Source: Alphaproteobacteria bacterium
GTDB taxonomy: Bacteria > Pseudomonadota > Alphaproteobacteria > Rhizobiales > Amorphaceae
Direction: 5' to 3'
Assembly (NCBI GenBank): GCA_030431335.1
Contig: JAUIJH010000003.1
Coordinates: forward strand, 5,496-69,495
Length of the DNA: 64,000 nucleotides
Positions within the stretch are counted from its first letter, which is position 1. The number at the start of each line of letters is the position of its first letter. The notes beneath the pieces are model-generated. The model saw only the letters and a program-made list of their open reading frames with translations, was not told the origin of the DNA and ran no database searches. Positions 63,978 to 64,000 of the stretch are shown in pieces. A program made the translations under genes and the position numbers.

Positions 63978-64000
63978 ATGCCGGAGATACTGAGGAAAGA
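63978..64000 (+). CDS. Probable start of next gene (MPEILRK...), truncated by the window edge
   Basis: SD AGGAG 5 nt before ATG 63978; too short to assign a product. Confidence 0.4.

Overview
GC-rich, alphaproteobacterial-looking 64-kb window that is almost entirely a catabolic/nutrient-scavenging island. It holds four complete Opp/Dpp-type (family 5 solute-binding protein) ABC importers and one tripartite tricarboxylate transporter (TctABC). Interleaved are about 35 enzymes, dominated by C-N/amide hydrolases (two amidohydrolases, PuuE-like, AllB/dihydroorotase-like, HyuA/B-like, M14 x2, M20, M24, M32, PTE-like, three cysteine-hydrolase domains) plus SDR, Gfo/Idh/MocA and GMC oxidoreductases, three PLP aminotransferases and two GntR/FCD regulators. 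I saw no rRNA, tRNA, CRISPR array, transposase or integrase. The most notable observations: (i) a tandem pair of DUF4438-like unknown proteins heads a GntR-divergent operon, and four His residues of copy A are all replaced in copy B; (ii) a candidate GntR operator (wTGTCGACnnTAT) recurs in four AT-rich promoter regions across 28 kb; (iii) several enzyme homologues have remodelled active sites (M20 with most metal ligands lost, creatinase/EutD-like M24, Cys-less cysteine hydrolases, Arg-less Rid); (iv) a cytoplasmic TIM-barrel GH-like unknown sits in an operon resembling the agropinic-acid (aga) layout; (v) there are an SD-sequestering alternative RNA structure before a cation:proton antiporter and small coupled leader ORFs. 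All family calls come from motifs read by eye and from memory of the families; no database search was run. Substrate ideas are hypotheses.
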